DNA of 64,000 nt, taken from the NCBI RefSeq assembly GCF_009914755.1, contig NC_060930.1; one strand, given 5' to 3'. The notes below the pieces were generated by a model. The model did not search any database, was not told the DNA's origin, and saw nothing but the letters and a program-made list of their open reading frames with translations. Both the position numbers and the translations under genes were made by a program. Positions 1 to 15,760 of this stretch are shown in pieces. The DNA comes from the human T2T-CHM13v2.0 reference genome, Homo sapiens. Position 1 is the first letter of the stretch. Every line of letters begins with the position of its first letter.

Positions 1-121
1 TAATCCTATTCAAAAAGTATTTACTAATTTTCTGCTTTGTGCCTAGCATGGTGCTAGATACTACTGAAGTTTTAAAAGAAGTATATGGAAGACTCTCTGT
101 CTTTAAAAAAGATAATCTACA

Positions 122-428
<307 letters not shown>

Positions 429-1311
429 TTATAAAGGCAACACCTAATCTTTTACAATAGGAAGCTCTCAGGAGTGTATCATAACCAGAAATAAAATTAA
501 ATGTCAAAGTGTGTAATAAAGACAGTCATGGCTACGGAGAAAGATCAAGATGAGCTAGACTTGTCACAAAAAGATTCCAGGATGTGGTGGTATTTAAGCA
601 GTACCCTAAAGGAGAAGCTTAGATCATTGGAGAATAATTCTCAGGTCTTTCCAGACAGGATAAGAGATAAAGCAGTTACACAGGCATACATATGCATGGT
701 GTGTTTGAAGGCTATGGGATGAGGGAGAATGAAAAGAATGTCAAGCTTCTAAGCTTTGCTGCCTGCTTGGAAAGGGGGTATCACTAATAAAAATGTGAAT
801 GCTGACAGTGAGGAAAGATAAGGAAGGCTTTCATAATGTTGTGTTTAAGGACACAGTAGGGCATGTCTGTGGAATTACCCAACAGGCAACTGGAGATATG
901 GAAAAAGATGAGAATAGAGATACACAGATTTGGCCACTACTAGAATGAAGATAATAGAAATGAATGAATGAATGAGATCTTTGAAAGCATAAGAAAAAGA
1001 GAAGAAAAAACTGGTAACAAAAAATGAATGCTAGAAAAAAAACTCTTACTTAAAAGGGAGATGAAAAGGAGACAAGGAAAATAATGAGTGGGACATAATT
1101 TAGATGATATAAAAAACAGGAATATTGTGTTGAAGCCTAAGAGAAAACCAGTAGAAAGGCCAAGAGATGCAGCCAGAGAGATCACTAGCTATGATAAGAA
1201 TTAGTGATGTGGTATGTTGACAACACCACATTTTTTTTTTCCTTCAAAGTGTTTTTTGGTAGTGATTATTACTTTTCTTGGAGAGTAAACTGAAAATATT
1301 TTTCACGGAAT

Positions 1312-1330
1312 TTGTCACTAGAGGGTGCTA
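1312..1330 (+). promoter_or_regulatory. CTCF-like motif
   Basis: ttgtcactagagggtgcta resembles the CCACYAGRGGGCGC core with two C>T changes; motif match only. Confidence 0.3.
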
Positions 1331-2395
1331 GAGTTATTTAAGAAAGAAAACACTGACTACTGCAGGTAACCAAAACTCTGATGTGCCTATTCTAAAAGAC
1401 AATGATTACATTTTCCTTAATGCAAAAGCTACTTTTACATGCTCTCTTAGTAATTAGACATCCATTTATGTTTAACAAGATTTTCTGAGTTAAAGAAAAC
1501 CTGTGACATCAGCTGGCATGCTTTTTAATGCAGTGAAGAAAACGACAGGAGAACATTATTGCTTCCAAGCATCTGTTCTCATAGAATGACACCGGGTGCT
1601 AGCCACCAAGATTATGCTCCTTTAGATCACATCAGTAACATAAGAATCTTTGTCTACATTCTTGGGGTTCCTCTTCACAATGGAAAAAATATTTGCAGGA
1701 TAAAAATATTTGAATATCAATCAAGTTCTTTGGATCAGTTCAGCTGCAAAGGTTTAATCGTAAGAAAAGAAATTCACTCAAGTTTCTCATCCATAAATGG
1801 TTACCTGTTCAAATCTGAAACATGATATCAACCTGATGAACATCAACCTGATGATTATCAAAAAGCTCATGATTTTATAAATATATGCCCAATCACCGTA
1901 TCATCCTGCTGAGGCTTGGGAGGAGGAGGGAAACTGATAGGAACATGCAGCTCATGATATCTCTTGTGCCAGGAATTATCAAAGTCCTTTGTCTCTGACC
2001 TAAGAGTTTCATGTCTTCTGTCAATATCTATGAAATTGTGGCTAACTTGTTAGCTTGCAAGTAGAGTAAAATCTCAGATCTTTCACAGTTTCATGACAGT
2101 ACAAGATTCCCCAGTGGGCCTGCTTTGTGATGTTCTGAGAATCTTTCCTCAAGGCCCAGACAGAGCTCACTTCTCCTATTCTTTTAATGATTTTATAAAC
2201 AACTAATTTCCTATTTTGATCTAATTTCTGCTTAAATACTAGGGTGGTTTCTGTCTCCTGTACTGAACCCTGAATAATAAACATGTCCACTATACCATAT
2301 CAGACTTTCACTTTAAACCTTCAAAATGCCATTCATTATTAAGCACTGTTCTCAACAGGGAAATATTTACCACTTAATCATCATTTGGAAACAAT

Positions 2396-2697
2396 TTTGT
2401 TTTTGCTTTTTTTTAGGTAACAATCTAGCTCTGTAGCCCAGGATGCAGTGCAGTAGTGCAATCGCAGCTCACTGCAACCTCTGCCTCCTGGATTCAAGCA
2501 ATTCTCCTGCCTCAGCCTCTTGAGTCAGGGGGGATCACAGGCACACACCACCATGCCCGGCTAATGTTTGTATTTTTAGTAGAGATGAAGTTTCACCATG
2601 TTGGCCAAGCTGGCCTCGAACTCCTGGGCTCAAGTGATCTGCCTGCCTCAGCCTCCCAAAGTGCTGGGATTAGGGGCATGAGCCACCACACCCAGCC
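2396..2697 (-). mobile_element. Alu (old S/Jb)
   Basis: Reverse Alu flanked on both sides by tggaaacaat. Confidence 0.92.
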
Positions 2698-2996
2698 CTG
2701 GAAACAATATTTTTAATTGTCCCATCACTGTCACAGAACTTGATCTGATGTGTGAAGACACAAAAATGTTCCTCTTAAGAAATCAAAAACACAATTTTTC
2801 TAATGACTACTGAAGAAGAACCTTTCGTTTGTGAGTCAGTATGAACATGCTACCCACCCCTTATACTCCACTGGGAAGTTCTTCAGACTTTACTTCTTTC
2901 AGAGAGTAAGCTGAGATGCTAGATAAATAAAACATTAGACAACCTAGGCTGAGCACACTTGGTATTTTAAACCCTTGGTAAACTTAGAGGATTTTA

Positions 2997-3176
<180 letters not shown>

Positions 3177-3643
3177 CTACAACAAAGACACATACAACTC
3201 ACTTTAAAAAGAAGCAGAATATTTTAAAACAAATGTATCATAACAGAACTACCCCACAGCCTAAATTATAAGTACTTAGAAAGAAGTCTAGTTTTTTATT
3301 AACTTGCTAATAAGTCTGGACAAGCTTTTGTGATGTTGTGCAACCAGTTCTGGAATGGGTGATTATTACTATTCTCTGTCTTACTCTTTACTTCCAGGAG
3401 GAGCATGCAAAGTACAGGATGCCCTAAGACCATCACTCTATTCTCTGCAGTGGTTCAACCGATAGGCTCATCAACCATTTCTATATAGGCTTCCAATTAT
3501 AGACATCTGAAGATAAAAAATGATGGGCTAATATTTAAGTATTGAAAATAATGATATTTTAGGTTGGGGTTTAGGAATCGACACATTTCCAAAATAAAAA
3601 CTGGGAAAATCATATATATTTCTATATTGTAAAGAGTTATGTG

Positions 3644-3981
3644 GGCTAGGCACAGTGGCTCATGCCTGCAATCCCAGCACTTTGGGAGGCCGAGTGGGGC
3701 AGATCACTTGAAGTCAGGAGTTTGAGACCAGCCTGGCCAACATGGTGAAACCCCATTTCTACTAAAAATATAAAAAGTGGCTGGGGAGTGGTGGTGGGTG
3801 CCTGTAAGCCCAGCTACTTGAGAGGCTGAGGCAGGAGAATCGCTTGAACTCAGGAGGCAGAGGTTGCAGTGAGCCTAGATCACACCACTGCACTCCAGCC
3901 TGGGCGACAAAGCAAGATTCCAGCTCAAAAAAAAAAAAAATAAAAATAATAATAATAATAAATAAATAAAATAAAATAAAA
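3644..3981 (+). mobile_element. AluS
   Basis: Full Alu with A/AAT tail; TSD agttatgtg. Confidence 0.93.
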
Positions 3982-4162
3982 TAGTTATGTGGAGAATCAC
4001 ATAGGAAACAAACTCATTGGCAGGAGTAGAATTGGCAAGGAAGAAGAAGATTAAGTTATCAATATTTTTCAACAATTGTCTTCATTTTGCCTAGTATTAA
4101 TATTTTGTCATAATTGTTTTGAGGAATCTCATGTACTGCTTGCTTTAAAAAGGCATGAACTT

Positions 4163-4473
4163 GGCTGGGCGCGGTGGCTCACGCCTGTAATCCCAGCACT
4201 TTGGGAGGTCGAGGAGGGTGGATGACTTGAGGTCAGGAGTTGGAGACCAGCCTGGCCAACATGGTGAAAGCCCATCTCTACTAAAAATACAAAAATTAGC
4301 TGGGTGTGGTGGTGGGCACCTGTAATCCCAGCTACTCAGGAAGCTGAGGCAGGAGAACTGCTTGAAACTGGGAGGCGGAGGTTGCAGTGAGCCGAGATCG
4401 TGCCATTCATTGCACTCCAGCCTGGGTGACAGAGCGAGACTCCATCTCAAAAAAAAAAAAAAAAAAAAAAAAA
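4163..4473 (+). mobile_element. AluS
   Basis: Full Alu with poly-A; TSD aaaggcat(g/t)aact. Confidence 0.93.
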
Positions 4474-5049
4474 GGCATTAACTAGGGCCTGTTAGGTGCT
4501 GCATTTCATATTGCTAATCAAAAGAACATTTGTCTGTGATGGTGAGAGTGGACATCTAGTTGAGAGTATTTAGGCTTCAAAGTAGGAATCAGAAACCCTA
4601 AACAAATAAAGCATCACAGTCTAAGAAATCTATTTGAAAAGTCTAAAGCATCAAATCCCCAAGGCATAGTTTAAACGATGACAGAATGGGTTTTAACTTT
4701 CATATCTCTTGGATCTAGAGTCTAAATAATGATATTAATATTAACCTATTTTTAGCAAATGTCATAATATACCTTTTAGTTGTTCTTAAAGTTGTATAAC
4801 AGAAATTCAACCTTCTTTGAGAGACAAAAAGATGAAAATAGATGAGGCAGAAAAACAAATTCTCATCTAGCTGTTTATAAGACACTGTTATGTTTTGCAC
4901 AGAATTCGGTTTTGTTTTCAGACAAGTCTGATACCTTAAGCTCTTTAGCAGATAAAACATTTTGTTATAAACAACTTTCTAATGTAACTAAATTATTACT
5001 TCATATATAAAGGTTTTGGAAAATTATATTTGAGAAAGAGGCCTGTAAC

Positions 5050-5051
<2 letters not shown>

Positions 5052-5080
<29 letters not shown>
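5052..5080. repeat. (TA)n microsatellite
   Basis: About 14 TA units. Confidence 0.95.
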
Positions 5081-5083
<3 letters not shown>

Positions 5084-6577
5084 CCCCACTCCTGCACTCC
5101 CACTCTTCCTGCCTTTCTATAATCACCATATTTTAAGGAGAAATGTCATTAAATAAATGACAGTACTGTAGCTAGCTAAATATTCTCATATATATATGTT
5201 ATTAACATGGTGAAGGGAACCTTCCCATACCATTTTTAGATTATATTTTTATGGTTCAATAGTCTTTCTGTATATTGTAACTTAACCTTTCCTATCTTCA
5301 CCTGTGCCTACAGTAGCAGAAACTCACATCCAGCAACAGGCAGACCTTTCCTTTTTCTCCAATCCTTTAGCCAAACCAGTGTCTAAATTTTCATCCTCAA
5401 AATAACTTTCAATGTTTTATGTAGAAAAACATAGAACATTAGGCAAGATGATAAGAAAGAGTTGAGGCATACATTTATATCAGACACATTCAAAGTTTAA
5501 AATACAACTACATAAATTTGGCTAATTTTGTTTATGTGTGTTATAGATAAGTCTCTTAACCCTTGAGGCCTGTTGAGATATATTAAGACAAAATAATTAA
5601 TTAAACACTTGTTTATTATATGCCTAGTAGGTGCAAGGCATGATGCTAAGACTTGGTTGTTGCTGAAAGGACTTTTTTTTCCTTTAAGGATTTAAGGACT
5701 ACTGAATAATGTGAGGCAAATTCCCCAATCTAGAGATGAGATAAAAATTAAAATCAGTGAGAACACTGATGCCATCCCAAATAAGAGAGATAAACAATGG
5801 AGTGGCTCCTTGCCAAAAAGAAAAATCACTAATTCTAGTATTGAGCATTTAAGGATATATGATTAAAATAGAGCCATTAAGTTCCAGTTAATGCAGAGTG
5901 ACATAGCGTTCATGTTTACCTCTCTAGTTCATTTTGGATTTCTTTCCAAAATAAACATTTTAGATAGATATGACTCAACCTCTATTTTGTTGTAATGATA
6001 TTTTAAAGTCTTTGAAGGGAAAAAAGGCTCCTTTCAGCATATCAGCCAAATACATATTAGTACAAACATGGTATAAAATAAATCATAGTAAAATGTTGAA
6101 GCATTGAGGACTCCTATCCCAGTCTGGCTGGATGTCAAGATAGTTGCCCAAATGTTCCACCCATAGTACCAAAACCCAAACCCAGGATTTAGCAAAGCAA
6201 AAATAAGGTTGTGGTTTTACATTGTATGCTTCAGTGTTTGGGAATAGCTAGTTAAAAGCTATTTTAATAAGCCTCTAGAACCAAGCTGCTTCCTTTCTAT
6301 TTAACTTTTATGTTTAAATCTTAGATATCTATTTCCAAATCACTTGTGGAAAATTATCAGTAAAACATTAAAATATGTATTTTATTTTGTTGAAGAAGAG
6401 GATTTATACAACATTCTAGAAAAGGAAATAGTTCTTATCCCTCTGATTTGTGTGCTTTTCTTTCCATTTTGGTTGTATAATTTTTAAACTTAAACAGTAA
6501 GCACCTTAGATATCCTAGGCCTCCCTATAATGAATAAAAATTTGATTATTAAAATATCTGTTATAGTTTTACTTTAC

Positions 6578-6720
6578 CTTGGTTATTTTGTAGCACTGCT
6601 CTGCAGAACATTCTGCTTTGCTAGTTGGATTACTCAAAGCAAAAATAATAGGCCGTTCATTGAAGGCAGCCATATCTTTGAGAATTTGTTCTGAGAATGC
6701 ACCACCAATTGCAGCAACTC
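6578..6720 (-). CDS. ME1: ME1 exon 11 (143 nt), (G)[47 protein letters not shown]
   Basis: Acceptor ttcattag|GA, donor AAG|gtaaag; LSNPT motif. Confidence 0.97.
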
Positions 6721-7550
6721 CTAATGAAGAAATATGAAGCTGGTAATTAACACTATCATTGGTTAATTCACACAAGAAGACCATGCCTCAAATCAATGAT
6801 ATCTATCAGCTCATTTTCTAATAGACCCTAAACAAAATGCTATATAAACTATTTGTATTCAAGTATAGTGACAAAAAGAGGCAAGTTTGTTAATGCCAAC
6901 AATCCTTACAATCCTTAGGGTCACAAATCTACAAATATCTATTAAAAACTAAAGATAATATTTGGCTTCCATAGTACATTGAGTTAGTTACCAATCACTT
7001 GGAAATTTGTATCTAATGTGTAAACTTTCTTTATAAGCAATTCTATGAGTATATTTCAGTCTTGTCAGGCTACAAAGCAATTAAGTTTTATAAACCAACG
7101 CTATCACTTAAGACAACCATCTGATTCATCTGCAAAAGTAAAGTACCACCCACTGAAGTAACTTTAACAGAAGAATAAAGCAATTAGCATAATGGAAATG
7201 AAAAACAATAAGATTATTGACAGAATATATTTTGTAAAAACAATATTAAACACTTAGTAAAGTTCCTGTCATGGAGTAAGTACTTCTTTTATTGTAGTTA
7301 TCATCATTATTTTCAACGTTGTCATCTGTTTCACAAGAGCTTGTAGGAATGGAGTATAATACAAGGTAAAAATCAAAATTATATATGCACAAAATAAAGA
7401 ATAAAGTTTCATAAATTCCTTTGAGTTTTCTAAAACCACTTTAAAGTCTTGCACTGCACATGCATTGTGTAAGTACTGTATTAAGTGCTATAAGGAAAAT
7501 AAAGATTTGTGAGATGTGATCCCTGTCTTCCAGGAGGGTCTTATCTACTG

Positions 7551-7792
7551 CAGTATTTCTCAACCTCAGCACTATTGACATTTTAGGCTGGATAATTCCT
7601 TGTCGCAGGGGCTGTCCAGTGCACTACAGGATATTTAGTAGAATCATTCCGCTGCCTCTATCTGCTAGATGTCAGTAGCCCCTCCCTTTACTCCCTTCCA
7701 ACCCCGCTACCCTAGTTAAGACAACTCAAAGCTTCCAGACATTGCCAAATGTTTCCTGCAGGGCAAAAATCCCTCTTATTTGAGAACCACTG
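7551..7792 (-). mobile_element. MER20 (hAT-Charlie MITE), full length
   Basis: Ends cagtatttctcaa...ttgagaaccactg; internal actattgacatttt and ccagacattgccaaatgt match MER20. Confidence 0.88.
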
Positions 7793-8068
7793 TCTATCTG
7801 GAGTAATCAAGCCTAGAAAAGTGCTGAACGTGCCAGGTATTAACAGGCTGAGTTAGAGGAGGGGGCCATACGCTTCATCTCAGATCAGTAAGAGAAAGAC
7901 GACAGGACTAAAGTTAAAAATCTAGGTCTCTACAGGGTACTGTCGCTTGAGCGAACGTGTAGTTTTTTGAATTCAAAAAGGCTAAATTATACCTCAAAAA
8001 TTGGTAGTAAAAAAAACAATCAGGTCAAAATAAGGGGTAGGGGAGAAGGGAGAGGAGAAAATGCTTAC

Positions 8069-8174
8069 CTATGAGGGCAGTTGGTTTTATTTCTTGAACA
8101 ATGGCTTCTAGGTTCTTCATTTCTTCATGTTCATGGGCAAACTTCTCTTTCTCTTGTGTTAAGGAAGCACGTCC
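8069..8174 (-). CDS. ME1: ME1 exon 10 (106 nt), GRASLTQEKEKFAHEHEEMKNLEAIVQEIKPTALI(G)
   Basis: Acceptor tttacttag|GGA, donor ATAG|gtaagc; read manually. Confidence 0.97.
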
Positions 8175-8789
8175 CTAAGTAAAGCCAGTAAGAAAAAATT
8201 AAGAATCTGCCAAACATGTGAGGGTCAATAAATTTCGGTACATATATTACAAATATTTATGCTTAACATTTTTATGTATGATGTGTTACAGCTATTCTTA
8301 AAATCTCTTCTTCAATTGTCAGAATGTTATTTCATTCATTCGTTTAACAAATATTTATATGTCAATGTTCTAGGCAATGGAGATGTAACAGTGAACAAAA
8401 CAAAGTCCTTCATTTAATTGATATTAAAAATCCTAATTTTACAGACATGTGAGAACTAGCATTAACAAATGGCCATGCAAAATATAATTTAAATAATTAT
8501 ATTGTTCGTCACACATTGTGTTTTATAGCAGGTCTCAGAATTTGGAGTTGGCTTCAGCTTTAGCCCTACCAATTTATGCTACTGACTAAGAAAAGAATTT
8601 GAAGTCATATTTATGTCATTGTTAGATTTTCTCAGTAAGTATGCATTTTATATGTTTTTGTTTTTAATGTTCTGATTATGAATGCGCCATGTGTTATCTA
8701 GTAAACATCTAATTATAATATTCTAGCTGCAAATTTTAAAGATTTGACTACATAATGGATCACTGCCTAATTTTATATGGTACTTGATG

Positions 8790-8950
8790 ACTTACAAGTT
8801 GTTTTCACATATTTCATTTGATCCCCTCAACAATTCTGAGAAGCAGGACAAGTATAAGTATAGTCATTTTACATATGCGGAAACATGTTCAGAGGTTTTA
8901 AGGGACTTGCTCAAGGCAAGAGATTGTACTAGAACTCAAAGCCTTTTCAA
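8790..8950 (-). mobile_element. MIR fragment
   Basis: cattttacatatgcggaaac...agaggtttaagggacttgctcaagg core. Confidence 0.6.
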
Positions 8951-9060
8951 TATAGCACAGAATCACCCCGGGCAAAAACTTAACAAATAGTATGTCATAG
9001 TCTTTGCAAATTGTTAATAATGAAGATAGTACAATTTTCTTTCTTTAAAGGGTATTATCA

Positions 9061-9367
9061 TTTTATTTCTGTTGCTTTTGTTTGTTTGAAATGAGGTCTC
9101 ATTTTGTCATGCAAGTTGGAGTGCTGTGGATCAGAGGTCACTGCAGCCTTGAACTCCTGGGGTCAAGGGATCCTCCCACCTAAGCCTCTCTAGTAGCTGG
9201 AACTACAGGCATGCACCACCATGCTTGGCTAATTTATCATTTTTTTTTAGAGATGGGGGTCTCGCTATATTGCCCAGGGTTGTCTCGAACTTCTGGCCTC
9301 AGGAGTGATCTTTTCGCTTCAGCCTCCTGAGTCACTAGGATTATAGGCGTGAGCCACCATGCCAGGC
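9061..9367 (-). mobile_element. AluJ
   Basis: Diverged reverse Alu with gcagccttgaactcctggg J-type signature. Confidence 0.88.
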
Positions 9368-9376
9368 TCTGTTTTT

Positions 9377-9602
<226 letters not shown>

Positions 9603-9651
9603 CTCTGTTTTTAAAAGCAATATACTGAATTATTAAAAAATTTGAAACATA

Positions 9652-9804
9652 TGAACCTCTTTGTGCTTGTCTCCTCATCTGTAAATAAGGATAATAAGGA
9701 CTTCTACCTCATCAGGTTGTTTGTGGGGTAAATGAAATGTAATGCATGTAAAACACTCAGGACTGTACCTGGTTTATAGTAAGAGCTCTATGCTAGTTGT
9801 TGTT
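9652..9804 (+). mobile_element. MIR fragment
   Basis: ctcctcatctgtaaataaggataata...aatgcatgtaaaacactcag. Confidence 0.7.
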
Positions 9805-9892
9805 GCAATTAAAATTTTTGTGAAGAAGAAAAAAATCATAATTCCAGCACTTAAAGTTTTGGTATATTTTCTCCTATTAATAATCTGCTGTA

Positions 9893-10199
9893 GGCCAGGC
9901 GCAGTGGCTCATGCCTGTAATCCCAGCACTTTGGGAGGCTGAGGCGGGCGGATCACGAGGTCAGGAGATCGAGACCATCCTGGTTAACACGGTGAAACCC
10001 CGTCTCTACTAAAAATATACAAAAAATTAGCTGGGCGTGGTGGCAGGAGCCTGTAGTCCCAGCTACTCAGGAGGCTGAGGCAGGAGAATGGCATAAACCC
10101 AGGAGGCAGAGCTTGCAGTAAGCCAAGATCACACCACTGCACTCCAGCCTGGGCGACAGCGAGACTCTGTCTCAAAAAAATAAAAAATAAAAAAAAGAA
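9893..10199 (+). mobile_element. AluY
   Basis: gatcacgaggtcaggagatcgagaccatcc and gagcttgcag diagnostics; no TSD visible. Confidence 0.92.
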
Positions 10200-13100
10200 A
10201 TGATTAGCCAGTTTTGAGAATCAGTGTACTAAATGATCTATCATATCCCTACCACATGCGTTTTTAAGAGGTTATGTGCTATGTTTTCAAAAAAGTATAC
10301 AATAATGAGTCTAAAGAAGAAAAGCTATAGAATAAGATAAATTGGAAGTCACAGCTTTTTTGGCTGTCAAGCTGAGATATAATGAAAAATATTTAAATTG
10401 CCTAGAATGGGAAACAAATAATAAAAAAGACAGATGAATAATGTATGAAAAGAAAAAGATATATACTTAATCATAAACATCTTTATTAATCATAGTATAC
10501 CCACTGGCAGCTCCTAGACACTGAAGCCAGAACTTAGCCAGAAGACATTCCATCTAGTAAGAAGCATAAATTACCCATGGCAACACTTTCAAAGGCTTGA
10601 TTCCTGGTATGACTTACAAGTGCTGAAAGAATGCTGAAAAAAGTCCAGGAATCACGAAATGGTAATACTAGCAATACTGAAGGTCTTACTTGACAAAACA
10701 GAAGAAGCAAAAGACACACACACAAAATGTCTCCCAAGTATGTTCTCTACCATTTTCAAAATTGACTTGATGACCTAGTTTAAAGAAACTACTGGAATGT
10801 GACAACCTTTTCTAAATCCGGTAATACTGAGGCAACTACCTGTACCTTTGGACTTCTATTTTCTAGACTAATGGCTTATTTTTCTTTATTTTTCAAAATC
10901 TGATTTGGAATACATATTCGTTATGCCAATAACTTCAGTTGGTATGGAGATGAGTAGATGTCTTTTCCCTTCATTCTCCCTTTTCAGGATCCCTTGCTGA
11001 AATCCTTTTGCCTTCTTTTGGCAAAGTGCATGTGGGCACCTCTCACCTCAGAAATCCCAAATTCTATGATGCATCTTTTCTCTCTCTGTTTTTTTCAAGA
11101 GTCTCTAATTACCTCAAACATATTATGGATAGCTGAAACTTTATTTGTGATATTATTACTTTAATCTCCCCTATCCCTTTATATTGTGATGATTCTTACT
11201 ATATCGTAGAAGATATAACCAGATTTAATTACTACCTTTTCAAAAGCACATGTTTATAGTGGGCATAGGGAGGAGAATGGGGGCAAAGGCTGCCAAGATT
11301 TTGGGCTATTATTCCACAGCCCAGGATAGGAATAAGTAAATTAATTCTAGATTACCAGTGATAAATATTTATTCCTTCCTACATACAGGGACTAGAAAAA
11401 CTCTTCCACAAGCCCCAGTTGGACTACCTACCCCCAATTTACTGGCCTGTTTTTGCTGTCATGTCATTAGTTTATCAGAGTTGAACCTGGCCCCTCTTTG
11501 GATCTGTGGACAGGGCTTTCTCAGCACATAGTCAGTAGCATTTCACTGCATTTGTTGCAAATCAGGTATGTGCACTTGCTAAAAGAGTCCAGAGCTGTGT
11601 TTCATCATCTCAGGACAGATTAAACTAAGATAAATTATGTGACAAAAGTATAGTAAGGGGCATGGAGTGTTTTTAATGTAAGATAGTAGGTGGTGAACTC
11701 CATCAGTATTTAATTTTGTATGTTAAAAATCAATATTCATAATTTTCTAAGACTCATGCATATAATCTTTGGCCTCTGTTCTTTTTAATACCTACATGCA
11801 TTGATCATACTCTATTTGAAATAAAAAAGAGGGAGAAAACAATCAAGCCAGATACTTTTTACCAGCTTACATAGTCTATTTGGAGTTAGAATTTTTTATT
11901 AAACCACATTGTATGAAATGTATTAACCATCATTCAGGGTGAAGGCAGCACCAGTCAAAAATTCTGATAAAATAGCAGATAAACTATATAGTCTGTAGTT
12001 TCAAGCCCTCGACCTAGAGATTATACTTTCAGGAATGAAATAACTATATTGTCAAAACTACCTTTATAACATACAATATACCTTTATTGACCATCTCTTT
12101 CTACAGGAGCTAAACATTTAACTATAAGTCAGAAAAATACAGTACAGCAAAATTATTTAAAACAAAACAAAATAAAATAAAAATAAAAACGAAATTCAAA
12201 CCAGTCTATGGCTTCATTCTGGGTTAGATGAAATCGATCCTTCGTAAGGTCTGTTAATATCCTACTTTTTATTTTGAAGTTCTGTCAGCATTAATTTCGT
12301 TTATTAGTGAGAGCGAAAATATAATATTTATTTAAGACAAAGATTAAACCTGGTTTGTTTTGTGGCTTCTTATCCTCCTGAAAATGCTCCAAATCTTCAC
12401 TGCAAAATGCAAATACTAGGCAACATTCCCTTTTCATTCTCTTTTCACTGTCTTTATTCTTACTTTAATTTTTGTTTTGGAAGGTTTTTTAAAACTAAGT
12501 ATTAGTTTTACATTAAAATGTATTAATATTAGTTGACAAAATTAATATATAAATTATTTTCCACTATAAAAAACTAAAGCATCTTATGTTTATTACTATA
12601 AAGTACAAAGATATTTGAGTATGATCCATAACCAAGTAATTGACTTCAATTAACCTTGGTGATATGGATGAATTATTTACAATATTGGTATTCTATAGCA
12701 TTAACTCTTTCCACTGCACATATGGATATGGTGTAAATGATGGAAAATGCTATGCCTGTGATGTTGAAAGTTGAAAGAGAAAATATGCTGGAATAATAAT
12801 TATCTAGCGTGATGATGATATAACTTCAAAGATGAGCTGACTTCACAGTTCATGTTTGAGTTTTTGACATGGTGTTTTTAAAAAGTGGAGTTTCACCAAG
12901 AAAATTTTTTATTTAAAACTTTATGGTATTTTTACATTTTATAAACAATTATATTATAAGTTAATAAAATTAATAAAATTATTATTATTGGTTCTCAGGA
13001 GATATAAAAGTACTAAGAATGAAGGATAAAAAACACAAAAGAATCATGTAAATTTGAAAATGGGATTACACTAATTTACTGGTTATTCTAAGGCTTAGTT

Positions 13101-13559
13101 CTGCAACAAAAGTCAATATAAGGATTTTGACTGTTTAAAAGCATGAAAGAAAAAGTGAAACTTAATATGTATCTTTTATATTAAATAGTGTACAAGCTAT
13201 TAAATATATAACAACCTTTTAAAATGTAATTTTATCTTGGCAAGCAGAATATATGAACTTCTTTATTTTGGCAAGTAAAAGACACGAAGTAAGAGAGACT
13301 GACTAGATCTAGCCAACTACTTCACAGTTATTCCAAGTATTATATCCATGGACTCTGGAATCTCAGCTCAGTAAATGTGTGTTAAAATTATTCAAGATGC
13401 TAAAATCTATGTATTTTTACACAGATTTCAGGTAAAAATGTCATCAGAGACAACAAAATAAAACCACATAGACTTCCACTTTTTGGACTTTTGAATATTT
13501 TATATCCCTAAGGACAACAATTTGTATAGCTTTCTCCACAGCTCCTACTATTCCTACTA

Positions 13560-15014
<1,455 letters not shown>

Positions 15015-15279
15015 AGCAATAGCAATTTTTAAGCCAAGAAATCCATACTGAAAGCCTCTGTCTTTATATATACTTATTTACTACAAAAGTTATGCATATA
15101 TTTTTTCTTCATTTAAAGAAACATATTTATGTATATTAATTTTAAAAAACAAATATTTTTCTAGCTTTAAAGGAACAGATTACTAAAAATTCAAAATATA
15201 TAAAAAAGACATTAGAAATAAATGTTTTAAGGTAATATGCATTTGATATATTTCCTTCTATGACTTTCATATACAACTG

Positions 15280-15760
15280 TATTTTAAATAAAAAATAATA
15301 TATACTATGGTATTTGTTTTTTTCACCTAACATTATATTATGAATCCTTTACCATGTCATTTATTGCTCTTTGAAAACAATTTAAAGCCTATACAATATA
15401 CTAATGTGGCTATTCCACAATTCATTTGACAATCATCCTTTATTTAGGTAAGTGTAACATATCACTATTATAATTAATGTGTGATAAACCATATCATTAT
15501 TGTAAATAATGCTGCAATAATATCCTCATACATAAAATACTGTATACATCTCTATCTCCATGAGATAGATTCTTTGAATGGAAACTAGTGGCTCAAAAAT
15601 ATAAACTTTTAAAGGCTTTGAATACACATAAAACAGCTTTCCAGAAAGTCTGTATGTACACATTCACATTTACTTCTATACTAAATTCCGGAAGACACTG
15701 CTTACCATTATTTATTCCTAATCATTCATCTTCACATAGGAAGGGGATTTATATGTACTT
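15280..15760 (-). mobile_element. Old L1 (L1ME-like) fragment
   Basis: aaataatgctgcaataa...agctttccagaaag motifs; approximate. Confidence 0.55.

Noticed and set aside
8034-8055. G-quadruplex near the exon 10 donor
   Set aside because: Only three G3+ tracts, and on the non-RNA strand.
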